The notes beneath the pieces were generated by a model. That model did not search any database. It saw only the letters and a list, made by a program, of their open reading frames with translations, and had not been told where the DNA came from. Position numbers and translations under genes: made by a program. Of a DNA stretch of 64,000 nucleotides, positions 20,668 through 29,127 are shown piece by piece (within the stretch, counting starts at the first letter, position 1; each line of letters opens with the position of its first letter). The stretch is taken from positions 75,861-139,860 of the forward strand of contig CBDICD010000002.1 of NCBI GenBank assembly GCA_965277235.1. The letters run 5' to 3'. This DNA comes from Terriglobus sp. (lineage in GTDB: Bacteria; Acidobacteriota; Terriglobia; Terriglobales; Acidobacteriaceae).

Positions 20668-21138
20668 ATGAGTAAGACCAACGAAGAAGTAGTTAGGGAA
20701 CTCCTTGCAGGTGCGCAGGAAGAGTCGGTGGTCGAGCGCCTCATGACCGAGGATTCCACTTACATGTCCCTTACCTTTGAAAACGCTGAGCTAAAACGGT
20801 TGATGCCGTGGGCCGGGACGCACAAGAACGGAAGAGAGGGTGTGCTCTACACCTTTCTCACCTTGAACACCTTCTGGAATATTCAGGCTTTCACTATCAA
20901 AGACATCTTCAGTGCAGGCGAGAACGTGGCCGCCTTCGGCACCTTTACTGTGCATTCAAAGCGGCTGGATAAAATCTTCGTATCTCCATTTTCCGTACAT
21001 GCAAAATTGAAGGACGGCCGGGTGTTCTACCTCCAGTACATGGAGGATACGTTCGGCACAGGTTCGACTTTCCGGGCCAGCGGCTCGTGGACGTTTGCCG
21101 GAGATCCGAGTGGTGCCGACGTTCAAGTGGGCGACTGA
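20668..21138 (+). CDS. SnoaL-like / ketosteroid-isomerase-like protein
   Basis: MPWAGTH..G..G, ENVAAFGTF and YLQYMEDTF motifs. GGAG RBS. Confidence 0.85.
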   Translation: MSKTNEEVVRELLAGAQEESVVERLMTEDSTYMSLTFENAELKRLMPWAGTHKNGREGVLYTFLTLNTFWNIQAFTIKDIFSAGENVAAFGTFTVHSKRLDKIFVSPFSVHAKLKDGRVFYLQYMEDTFGTGSTFRASGSWTFAGDPSGADVQVGD

Positions 21139-21206
21139 AAGAGAAACCACTGTCAACGCGTAGCTGTGACAATGGCCAGGAGTTCGGTACACGAGAGGAG
21201 AACACC

Positions 21207-21316
21207 ATGCACCCTTCCAGCCCGGAACTGCAACTCGGGGAGTGGCCCGTCCCTCCATGGGCAGACTGGCAGCAAACTGCTGAAACCCTGCAGCTTCTCA
21301 CGCAGATCGTCGGCAT
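21207..21316 (+). pseudogene. 5' fragment of a DUF5996-like gene
   Basis: GAGGAG RBS, then M...WPVPPWADWQQTAETLQLLTQIVG, which matches the recalled family N-terminus (WPxL...W..T..TLHLWTQIVGK). Similarity ends abruptly there. Confidence 0.6.
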
Positions 21317-21592
21317 AGTCGGCATGCCCACCCTGAGCAACGGTACCGTGAAGAAATTTTTCTTCCATGGTGTTGAATCCCAAAGTGCTTTGGCCTTCAA
21401 CAACTCCCTCGGCATTGGCACGTCAACAACAACATTGGGTAGCTCACCCGTCGCAACCCGGAAGGCTCCACGTACTTGACAAAGCATCTCGGCCGCACTC
21501 ATGCCTCCCCATTTTGCCGTATCGTCAGGCGCGACCGATCTCAGTCGGTTTACGATCTCGGTCTGATCATCAGCATCTGCCAGCGTTTGCAT
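21315..21592 (-). pseudogene. 3'-truncated DinB-like / DUF1569 gene
   Basis: MQTLAD...EIVNRLRSVAPDDTAKWGGMSAAEMLC matches the family N-terminus. After ~93 aa it runs into antisense of the neighbouring fragment. Confidence 0.6.
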
Positions 21593-21818
21593 GCAGACAT
21601 GACTACCATTTTCTAGACCTGAATTTCATCCATCGCTGGCTAAAATGCGATTGCTAACGATAAACGTGGTTGTGGGAAGTTGAGACGGCGAACGGGCCCA
21701 AGGGAGACCTTGATCTCGCTATTCATGAGAAGCCGATTTACCAGCACAAATCCATCCCGCGGAGTGTGTGGGCGACCTGCGGACAACGGGATGACAGCCA
21801 GAGCGATAAACTCATTAC

Positions 21819-22310
21819 ATGCAAGGATCTCCGTTGAGCGGCGGTTCCAGGCCGGGAGGGACACAGGAACCTTCATCGGATGAGGCGGCGTCGCTTCAGC
21901 TCATCCTCTCGATCGGCAGAGCATTCAAGTTTGTTGACGATTATGTGCGCCCGCGCATGCAGAAGCATGGCCTGACAATGACAGAGTTCTCTGTGTTGAT
22001 GGTCCTTTGGCACGGGGGACCCACTCCGCTGGGTGAGCTGAGTGAGCGAATTCTGCTCACTGGCGCAAGCACCACGTATACCGTTAAGAAGCTGGAGAAG
22101 CGGGGCTTGATCGCACGTGAATCGCGCAGCGAGGACAAGCGCGTGGTAATGGGCGTCATCACCGAAAAGGGTCGAACGCTGGCGAAGAAGATTGCTCCAT
22201 TGCATGCCGCCGAACTAGCCGAAGCAATGCATCATCTTTCCACCGAAGACAAAAAGACCGCGGCCCAGCTTCTGCGCAAGTTGCGTGGTCTTAGGCCTAA
22301 TGAGCGCTAA
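21819..22310 (+). CDS. MarR family transcriptional regulator (MhqR-like)
   Basis: GLTMTEFSVL...ELSERILLTGASTTYTVKKLEKRGLIAR...EDKR...ITEKG. Confidence 0.9.
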   Translation: MQGSPLSGGSRPGGTQEPSSDEAASLQLILSIGRAFKFVDDYVRPRMQKHGLTMTEFSVLMVLWHGGPTPLGELSERILLTGASTTYTVKKLEKRGLIARESRSEDKRVVMGVITEKGRTLAKKIAPLHAAELAEAMHHLSTEDKKTAAQLLRKLRGLRPNER

Positions 22311-22755
22311 GTAGATGATGCAGCAGCTCCACCGTTGCAGCTAGTCTCACGACATCTGCAGCTTTCCTGATCCAGTCGGTCCGCAGCAGCTTTCTCATCA
22401 GTCCAGGAGAGTAGCCACCCCGATTGAACGCTGCGTGGATCGGAAGCTGAAGCGTCACGGTAGAGAAAGCTCCCGCCGCGGACGCAGCGACCATCACCCA
22501 GGCCACCCACGGGTCGATACCAGCCGGCGCACGAAGAGCCAACCATAGCTGAAGCACGAATCCTATCCCCATAGGCGTCACCACGAAGGCTTGGATCAGC
22601 GATTGCTGTGCTTTGTGATACGCCTGAAAAGCGTCGGCAGGGATAAAAGTCCACGTTTGATAATTGACGAAGCGCTCCACCCAATTGGCGCCGAAGCAAT
22701 AAGCGTTCAACAGAATCACTCCTGCGACGAGTGCTTGCTCAAGCGGTTTTTGCAT
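22297..22755 (-). CDS. Integral membrane protein (anthrone oxygenase / DUF1772-like)
   Basis: Four hydrophobic segments, FVNYQTW...FQAYH...QLPIH. Last gene of a 3-gene operon. Confidence 0.65.
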   Translation of the reverse strand: MQKPLEQALVAGVILLNAYCFGANWVERFVNYQTWTFIPADAFQAYHKAQQSLIQAFVVTPMGIGFVLQLWLALRAPAGIDPWVAWVMVAASAAGAFSTVTLQLPIHAAFNRGGYSPGLMRKLLRTDWIRKAADVVRLAATVELLHHLLSAH

Positions 22756-22773
22756 GATGTATACCTACGCGGG

Positions 22774-24186
22774 TTAGAAGTTATAGGTCAGCTGCGGGGA
22801 GATGAAGTTCAGACCATGACCGGGCGGGCTCTGCTTCAGAAACCCACCCGTGAAGAAATGCTCGTAAGCCAGCGAGCCAGTTAGGTGCCGGCTGAAGGCG
22901 TAATCAACCTCTTGCTGGATCTGCGTCCCGATAAAACGGGCTGTGGTGTGGTCTGGCGCATGCGTAAGAATGCCCACGATGTTGTAGACACCGTCCTGTG
23001 TGGTCTGCCGCCAGAGGGCTTCTACATTCGTGTTCGTGCTGGCTTTGCGGGTCAGGGTTGTTTTAAAGGTGGGGCGCACGATGATGAGGTTTAGCGGGCC
23101 AAGCAGAATGCTCTGGCTCAGGAAGTTACCATTTGGGAAAAGCGGGTTGAAGGTACCAAGCGTGTTGTCCTGGGCATTACTGTCGCCGCTCAACACGCCT
23201 CCGTCGAGTTCCGGGTGTGGCGCAAAGCGGGCGTGGTTGAAGGTGTAGCCCACGTGATAGCCCGTGCCCCAGGCGCTGATCTTGCCGGTATCAAAGCGTC
23301 CGAATTGGCTTGTGTATTCAAAGTCATAGTCCCACGTCTGAGTGTGCGACCAGACGCGCGATCCGATGGTCTCGCGCTGCTCTCGACCTGTGCCCTGGAC
23401 GTAGCGAACAGATTTGTGGTCATAGCCCAGGTAGTAGAGATCAACGTTGGCGTGGAAAGACGGAAGAGCCCTGCTCAGATACATCCCCCAGAGCTCTTCA
23501 GCGGGATTCGGTTCGTTGTCAAAGAGGCCCGTCTTGATTTCCGTCGGGTGGACAGCAAGGCCGTCCGCGGTCCAATGTCCTGCGTGAAGCATCAATCGGA
23601 AGCCATCGAACGGCTGCTCGACATTCAGCCCGGCGCCGGTGGCAATAAGGCGTGTCGAACCCAGTGAGATGAGTTGGCGACCGGCCCGAATGGTGAGGAA
23701 GTCATCCGAGCACTTCAACGGCGTGATATCGACAAAGCCCTGATTGAGATCGAGCTTATCGTCGTCGATGCCAGGGCGCGGCCCCCCGTCGCGCCCGTTC
23801 GTAAGGCCGCTGTCTAGTTGTACAAAGGTACGGAAATGCTCGGTGAGGTGGAGGTCTGAGCTCACCAGGTAGCGCTGCTGCAAGTAGCCGTTATCGGGTG
23901 GCTGCGCGCCAAAGGCGGGTGAGTCCTCGTACTCGCCGCGCTCGCGTATCTGTCCGGTGATCGAGAGGAAGCTGCGATCGCCCAGCGAAATGTAATGAAA
24001 CCGGTCGGTCAGGTCCCGTTTGGACGACCCCGGTGCGGCGGGCCGAGCGAGATAAGACCAGTCGACATCCCATACCTGTGGTGTGTACGACGGTGGGTTT
24101 ACTGTCTGAGCGGCAACCTGAAAGCTGGCTCCAAAGATCGCAAGGGTGAGTGTCGTGACGAGGGAAAGAGAAGCTCGAACGCGCAA
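22774..24186 (-). CDS. Alginate-export family outer-membrane beta-barrel
   Basis: Signal peptide, DWSYL, RAGRQ, FDGFR, DLYYLG and TFNPLFP motifs, C-terminal YNF. Confidence 0.88.
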   Translation of the reverse strand: MRVRASLSLVTTLTLAIFGASFQVAAQTVNPPSYTPQVWDVDWSYLARPAAPGSSKRDLTDRFHYISLGDRSFLSITGQIRERGEYEDSPAFGAQPPDNGYLQQRYLVSSDLHLTEHFRTFVQLDSGLTNGRDGGPRPGIDDDKLDLNQGFVDITPLKCSDDFLTIRAGRQLISLGSTRLIATGAGLNVEQPFDGFRLMLHAGHWTADGLAVHPTEIKTGLFDNEPNPAEELWGMYLSRALPSFHANVDLYYLGYDHKSVRYVQGTGREQRETIGSRVWSHTQTWDYDFEYTSQFGRFDTGKISAWGTGYHVGYTFNHARFAPHPELDGGVLSGDSNAQDNTLGTFNPLFPNGNFLSQSILLGPLNLIIVRPTFKTTLTRKASTNTNVEALWRQTTQDGVYNIVGILTHAPDHTTARFIGTQIQQEVDYAFSRHLTGSLAYEHFFTGGFLKQSPPGHGLNFISPQLTYNF

Positions 24187-24250
24187 AGGTTGACCTGCCT
24201 AAGAACCTCGCCCTGAGGGTTCACTCCGAGCGAGGTGAGATGGGACGCCG

Positions 24251-24844
24251 TTAGAGCTTGGAGATCACTTCGTCGGAGAGAATCTGCTGGGCTTTGAGGC
24301 CGTCCGGGCTGCCGAAGTCGTTTTCGAGCTCGGTGACGATCTGGTTGACCACGCTGACCGTCACACCGAGGCTGCGGAGCCGATCAAACGTGGTCTCGTC
24401 GCCGATTGTTGACATGGTGCCGCAGGCATCGGCAATGACATTCACGTTATAGCCCAGGCGAACAGCGTCACGGGCCGCCCAGAATAGGCAGATGTCTGTG
24501 GTGAGACCCGCGAGGATCAGGTTGGTGCGGCCCGTACCCTTCAATGCGGCGACGAGTTCAGGTTGATCAAAGCAGCTCAAGATGCCACCGCGCTTGAAAC
24601 GTGCGGCAAAGGCCTCGGGCGCAACCTCCTGAATTTCAGGCAGCGTGGGCCCTACATACTCTTCCATGGTCGTCGTGAGGAAGAGCGGCATAGAGAGGGC
24701 AACGCCCATGCGGGCGAGGACGCGGCAACTGGCGATGACCGTGCTTTTGGGCAAGCTCTTGACCCAATCGATGGTCATTGTCTGGTGGTCGACAAGCAGG
24801 ATGATGCTGTCGGAAGGCGAAAAACGCGGTGCAACGGGTGCCAT
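24251..24844 (-). CDS. Isochorismatase-family cysteine hydrolase (YcaC-like)
   Basis: LLVDHQ, LKGTGRTNLILAGLTTDICL and ADACGT motifs. GAGGAG RBS before ATG 24844. Confidence 0.9.
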   Translation of the reverse strand: MAPVAPRFSPSDSIILLVDHQTMTIDWVKSLPKSTVIASCRVLARMGVALSMPLFLTTTMEEYVGPTLPEIQEVAPEAFAARFKRGGILSCFDQPELVAALKGTGRTNLILAGLTTDICLFWAARDAVRLGYNVNVIADACGTMSTIGDETTFDRLRSLGVTVSVVNQIVTELENDFGSPDGLKAQQILSDEVISKL

Positions 24845-25299
24845 AAAACTCTCCTCGGTCGATCTATCAGAAACTCTTTCGAATTCTAACTGATTTCTAA
24901 ATACTGTGCCTGTAGGAAAGGGCGTGCGGATGAAGCTTACCGGCCGTAGGAGCGGAGGAAATCGTTTGCCCACAAAGGTCGAACAACCCGAAGTCTGGCT
25001 GGACGACAACAAACCGAGGTCCTTGCCTGAGTCTGATTAGCCCTCGTAAACGTCGTTGTGTGTGAAGCTGATCCCCGCAACGCTATATTGAGTGACGTTC
25101 CCGAGTGCGATCGCGTGGAGCACAGCGCAACGGCCGACCGGCGGCCAATCTCGCACTCGCCTCGAGAAGGTACCAGTGCGCGACGAGGCATGGCGTGAGG
25201 AGCGCCGCAATGACTCTGGCTACATCCCTGCCGGTTCCGTTCCCCTCACTCCTGCTTACTTTAGGACGCTTGGAGCATGCGAGGCGAACCTGGAGGCTG

Positions 25300-25480
25300 A
25301 TCACCGATCCCACGAGCCTGATCATCGTGGACGAAGCGGACGGCTCGCCATGAACTGCCTGGAACAACTGCGCTCCACCTTCGCCAACAGTGGTCTCGGC
25401 ATGGTGTCGATCGGTATGCCCGGCATCCAAGAGCGCGCCTCGCTCTGTGCGCAGTAGCTCCCTTTCGTTGGGCTTTTCTG
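25300..25480 (+). pseudogene. Frameshifted remnant of a transposon-type AAA ATPase
   Basis: Walker B-like DPTSLIIVDEAD in one frame continues as RLAMNCLEQLRSTF...GLGMVSIGMPGIQER in another. Confidence 0.6.
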
Positions 25481-25690
25481 TCTACGTTCAGCATGCCGTG
25501 CCAAGAGCATTCACGTCCTGGCGGACGCACGCTCTTATGAAGCCATCCAGTTCTCCATCAACTCGCGATTCGCATAAGGGAGCGAAAAGTTTGCCTTCTG
25601 AAACATGGCTTGGAAGATGGAAAGAGCGATACATCATGAAGGAGATTGACGGATAGCGAGTTGCATTTTGCCACGGCTACTCGTCAAAGG

Positions 25691-25716
25691 AGGTGCGACG
25701 ACGAATCGCCGCACCT
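25691..25716 (-). terminator. Hairpin closing the kinase-YcaO-ECF operon
   Basis: Minus strand AGGTGCGGCGA-TTCG-TCGTCGCACCT (11 bp including one G-U, UUCG loop) then CCTTT, ~30 nt after the stop at 25745. Confidence 0.55.
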
Positions 25717-25744
25717 GCAGAACCCGAGAGCCAGCAGACGAAGA

Positions 25745-26200
25745 TCAACGAAGTGTAGCAAGCAGTGCAATGTCACTTTGCGAGGTCTGAGTGTTGGCCT
25801 GCGCTGATTCGAACTCAAGCTGCTTCTCGACCTTCGAAGCTGGTGTGCGAACGTATCTCGTGTCACCGGCCATCCACACTTGCTTCAAAATGTACCGTGA
25901 GCCATAGCGGCGAAATACGACTTTGCCAACGCTGGATGAGCGCGTGGAACTGTCCTTCATCATGATCAGGCAGGCCGACGACTTGTCTCCGTCAATCTGG
26001 ACGAACGGCGTTGATGCCCTCATGTGGATGCGGTATACACCAGGCGGCAGGTGAGCATCACCGCTTTCAAATGCAAACGGGACATCCACTTTCACAAAGC
26101 CGCTTTGCGCGTGTGCAGTGAAGGCCATCGAGAACGGCGAGAGTACGACAAAAGCGCTGAGAAGACGGGCGGCGATCCTGAGAAGAGTGAGCTTGTGCAT
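25745..26200 (-). CDS. Secreted small beta-protein of unknown function (VPFxF...LPxGxY family common in Acidobacteria)
   Basis: Signal peptide ending AHA-Q. VKVDVPFAFESGDAHLPPGVYRI and KVVFRRYGSRYILKQVW motifs. Confidence 0.8.
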   Translation of the reverse strand: MHKLTLLRIAARLLSAFVVLSPFSMAFTAHAQSGFVKVDVPFAFESGDAHLPPGVYRIHMRASTPFVQIDGDKSSACLIMMKDSSTRSSSVGKVVFRRYGSRYILKQVWMAGDTRYVRTPASKVEKQLEFESAQANTQTSQSDIALLATLR

Positions 26201-26283
26201 GACGACCTTTCTATGTAAGGCAGCCGTCAGACCGCCTTCAACTATAAAGGCGCAAACTCACTGGAAAAGGGGCCAAGCTATCT

Positions 26284-26874
26284 TCAGATTTCTTCAGGCT
26301 CCGAAAGTCGGCCTGCGCCCTTGAGTTGTAGATACAGCCATGCTCGGGCCATTGCCCAGTCCCGCTTTACCGAGCGCGGTGACATGCCTGTGAGCGATGC
26401 AATCTGCTCCACTGATAGGCCACCGAAATAGCGCAGTTCCACAATGCGCGCCTGCCGGGGCTCCTGTTCAGTGAGCCTGTGGAGCGCCTGATCAATCATG
26501 AGCGCTTCCTCCAGGCGATCGTTTGCAACCGCGACACCTTCTTCCATCTCCACGCGCTTCAGCCCGCCACCGCGCATCTCTGCGTTGCGTTGGCGGGCAT
26601 GGTCCACAAGGACGCGTCGCATAACGTGCGCTGCAACGCCGATAAAGTGTTGCCGGCTCTGCCAGCTCACGTCATCTCCCGCAAGCTGCAGGTATGCTTC
26701 ATTCACCAATGCAGTCGGCTGCAGCGTATGCTCTGCGCGCTCCCGTCGCATGTACGCCTTCGCCAGCCGATGAAGCTCCTGATAGACCAACGGCAGCAGT
26801 TGGTCAGCCGCCTTCGCGTCTCCTGCGCGCATCTCGTGCAGCAACCGGGTGATGTCGTCTGAATCCGTCGTCAT
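26284..26874 (-). CDS. ECF RNA polymerase sigma factor, Ser/Thr-kinase-associated type (ECF43-like)
   Basis: DITRLL...LVYQELHRLA..YMRRER..HTLQPTALVNEAYL...HFIGVAAHVMRRVLVDHAR...VELRYFGGLS...VKRDWAMARAWL. Confidence 0.93.
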   Translation of the reverse strand: MTTDSDDITRLLHEMRAGDAKAADQLLPLVYQELHRLAKAYMRRERAEHTLQPTALVNEAYLQLAGDDVSWQSRQHFIGVAAHVMRRVLVDHARQRNAEMRGGGLKRVEMEEGVAVANDRLEEALMIDQALHRLTEQEPRQARIVELRYFGGLSVEQIASLTGMSPRSVKRDWAMARAWLYLQLKGAGRLSEPEEI

Positions 26875-26881
26875 GCGGTCC

Positions 26882-27544
26882 TCACCGTGTCTTACTCGCA
26901 GGCAAGCTCGCTGCCATGCACTGGCTGCTTTGCCGGGCCCTTTGCATCACGCCAAGCAGCTCACGTGCGTCGTCCCGCTTCACATCCGGAAGCTCTCGCG
27001 TCTGTGTGAACTGCTGCAACTCTAGACACATCGCCTGCAGCGCTCGCCAGGAGCGCTGCGGGAAATACATCGCCTTCATCCGTCCGATCAAATGCTCCCG
27101 AGTAGCCTCTGAGATCAGGCCATCCATTTGCGCCAGTGCGAGTGCCTCGCGGAGATTCACCAACGGATCCGACAACGCCCGATAGGTCAACGGATCATAC
27201 GAGAGCGCGACTTCGTCATCACCATCCAGAACCTCATCACGGTACATCGCAAACACCCTGCCCACACCTTCCATGCCGTACATATGTGTCTCTGCAGCGC
27301 GAAGGGCGCCCATGCTGGAAGAGCCAAAGACGCGCACGCCCCGCTCAAGCGCCTTTAACACCTCTTTCGACGACACAGCCAACCTCTGGAAGAACTCTCC
27401 GTCGATGATGCCGATGAAACGCACCGAAGTTGGAAGTTCGTCGATGTCGCCGCGGCAGATGGGCGCACGGAACTCCGCATCGATCAGACGGCGCGCCTCC
27501 GCGATCGGCAGGCTTGGCCCGAGGAACACGACGGAGTCATGCAT
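26882..27544 (-). CDS. tfuA: TfuA-like protein (thioamidation partner of YcaO)
   Basis: VFLGPSLP, RGD, IGIIDGEF, KE...GSSSMGALRAAE, GVGRVF..Y, DDEVA, PLVNLR and DVKRDDA motifs. Overlaps the YcaO stop by 8 nt. Confidence 0.92.
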   Translation of the reverse strand: MHDSVVFLGPSLPIAEARRLIDAEFRAPICRGDIDELPTSVRFIGIIDGEFFQRLAVSSKEVLKALERGVRVFGSSSMGALRAAETHMYGMEGVGRVFAMYRDEVLDGDDEVALSYDPLTYRALSDPLVNLREALALAQMDGLISEATREHLIGRMKAMYFPQRSWRALQAMCLELQQFTQTRELPDVKRDDARELLGVMQRARQSSQCMAASLPASKTR

Positions 27545-28811
27545 GCTGTTTCCAGAAGTCGACGGCCCGCTGTCCAAGCCGCCCGTGGTCGGTGGCCCAC
27601 AGCTCGATGCCAGGCACAATCACCCGCACCACGGAATGGGACGTGCATCCGGGTGTGAAGTCGACAACGATTGCCTCGCCGAGCCCGGCAGCCTTGAGCC
27701 GCTCCATCAGAAATTGCAGATCCGCCTCCAGCGACGGGAAGACGTGGGACTCGATCGCTTGAAAGGGTCGTCGGGTGCGCGACTCACCGATGGTCCACCT
27801 GTTGCGGTTCACAGCAGAGATGCGCCGGGTATGCAGCATGAACTCGTCTGCAGGCGCATCTGGCGGCAGAATGTCTTCGCGAACACCCTGTATGTCGACA
27901 CAGCGTGATTGTGCAGCTTCGGTCAGCGCGCGGCGCAACGCCACGTCGGCGTTTGGATGACAACCAAAGCCGAGGTGGGCCATGGGGAAACCGAAAATGC
28001 TTTCATCGATGACCGTCGCGGCAAACGTCGGCACGCCCACCGCAGACGTGATGTCCCGCACGAATGAGGTCAAATCTGCCGCATCAAACGCCTCTAGCAG
28101 TGCGTTCCCCTCCGGTACGTCGACGCAGGGACAATGCTCGAGATCATCCTGACGCTTGTGCCCTTTCTTCCCGAGAACTTGCCGCCGAACCTCAGGCAGT
28201 ACGCGCGAGCCAAGCTCGGCAAACGTCCAGGCATCGCGTTCGATCAGTTCGCAGAGGGCGTGGCACACCGCCTCCAGCTGGTTATTGCCTGAAGCAAGTC
28301 CGGTTGTGTCGCTGATAGTAAATGGGGAGTCATGGGGAAGTTCGTCCCAGATGTAGCCCGCGAGCTTCGCAGGCACCCAACACTCTTCACCAGAAAAAAG
28401 GTCAAGCCCGCACACCCAGGCACACTGGCTCTCTGCGGTGAAGTCTTCTGAGAGCTCCTGGTTTATGCGCCCGGGATCCAGTGTGCGCGCCTTCCGCGAC
28501 AGTTCCGCATACGTCGCCTCCACATGCGGGAGTCTCGTCTTCAACGCAGTCTGTCGTTCAATAGCTTCCATCAGCGAACCGACTTTCGCGTCAATGGGCC
28601 GCAGACCTTTGCCGTTGTAGACGGAGATGACATCCGCCGACTGCGGGACAACGGAGGTGTAGACAGGAATGCCGATCCTGTCCAGACCAGTGATATCGGC
28701 AAAGCGCGTGACGCCAAGCGATCTGCCGACATCTTTCAACCGTTCGAATGTATCTGAGGCCGCAACGGCGCGGTCAAGTCCATCAACCTTCTGACTTAGG
28801 CTTTTTGACAT
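27537..28811 (-). CDS. ycaO: YcaO-family ATP-dependent amide-activating enzyme (TfuA-associated thioamide synthetase type)
   Basis: GVTRFADITGLDRIGIPVY, SVYNGKG, MEAIER, GLASGN, ELIERDA, ALTEAAQSR...IQGVRED and VRVIVPGIE motifs. No C-terminal PxP tail. Confidence 0.93.
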   Translation of the reverse strand: MSKSLSQKVDGLDRAVAASDTFERLKDVGRSLGVTRFADITGLDRIGIPVYTSVVPQSADVISVYNGKGLRPIDAKVGSLMEAIERQTALKTRLPHVEATYAELSRKARTLDPGRINQELSEDFTAESQCAWVCGLDLFSGEECWVPAKLAGYIWDELPHDSPFTISDTTGLASGNNQLEAVCHALCELIERDAWTFAELGSRVLPEVRRQVLGKKGHKRQDDLEHCPCVDVPEGNALLEAFDAADLTSFVRDITSAVGVPTFAATVIDESIFGFPMAHLGFGCHPNADVALRRALTEAAQSRCVDIQGVREDILPPDAPADEFMLHTRRISAVNRNRWTIGESRTRRPFQAIESHVFPSLEADLQFLMERLKAAGLGEAIVVDFTPGCTSHSVVRVIVPGIELWATDHGRLGQRAVDFWKQHA

Positions 28812-29106
28812 TGACCTTCCCGGCAAAAATACCTCTCCCGTTGAATTGTCCACCACCACCGCGGTCGCCCGGGTCTTCGGTCGGGCTGCCGACGGCACCA
28901 ATCCCTTTCAGTATCTTGTTGAGTTCTCCGGGCGTTAGGTCGTGTCCTAAGGAGCGAAGAGCCTCCGAATGAGGACGCATGGATCGACGCAGGGCTGCTC
29001 GTTGCGCCGTATTCAGTGAATCTTCAAAATGATTGAACTTCTGTATCAGCTCGCGCAAGTCGCTCTCATGAAGACCGACCTCTACCAGGAACTCTTCTTT
29101 TGTCAT
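28783..29106 (-). CDS. 107-aa candidate YcaO/TfuA substrate (RiPP precursor-like)
   Basis: AGAGGG RBS, starts ~21 nt after the kinase stop and overlaps the ycaO start by 29 nt. Helical charged N-terminal 67 aa plus Gly-rich C-terminal 40 aa. Confidence 0.75.
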   Translation of the reverse strand: MTKEEFLVEVGLHESDLRELIQKFNHFEDSLNTAQRAALRRSMRPHSEALRSLGHDLTPGELNKILKGIGAVGSPTEDPGDRGGGGQFNGRGIFAGKVNVKKPKSEG

Positions 29107-29127
29107 GAAACCCTCTTAGGATGAGAT

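Noticed and set aside
28812-28901. Longer YcaO start offered by the ORF track
   Set aside because: It would overlap the 107-aa ORF by 119 nt. ATG 28811 has an RBS (GGAAGG) and sits just ahead of the family N-terminal motif.
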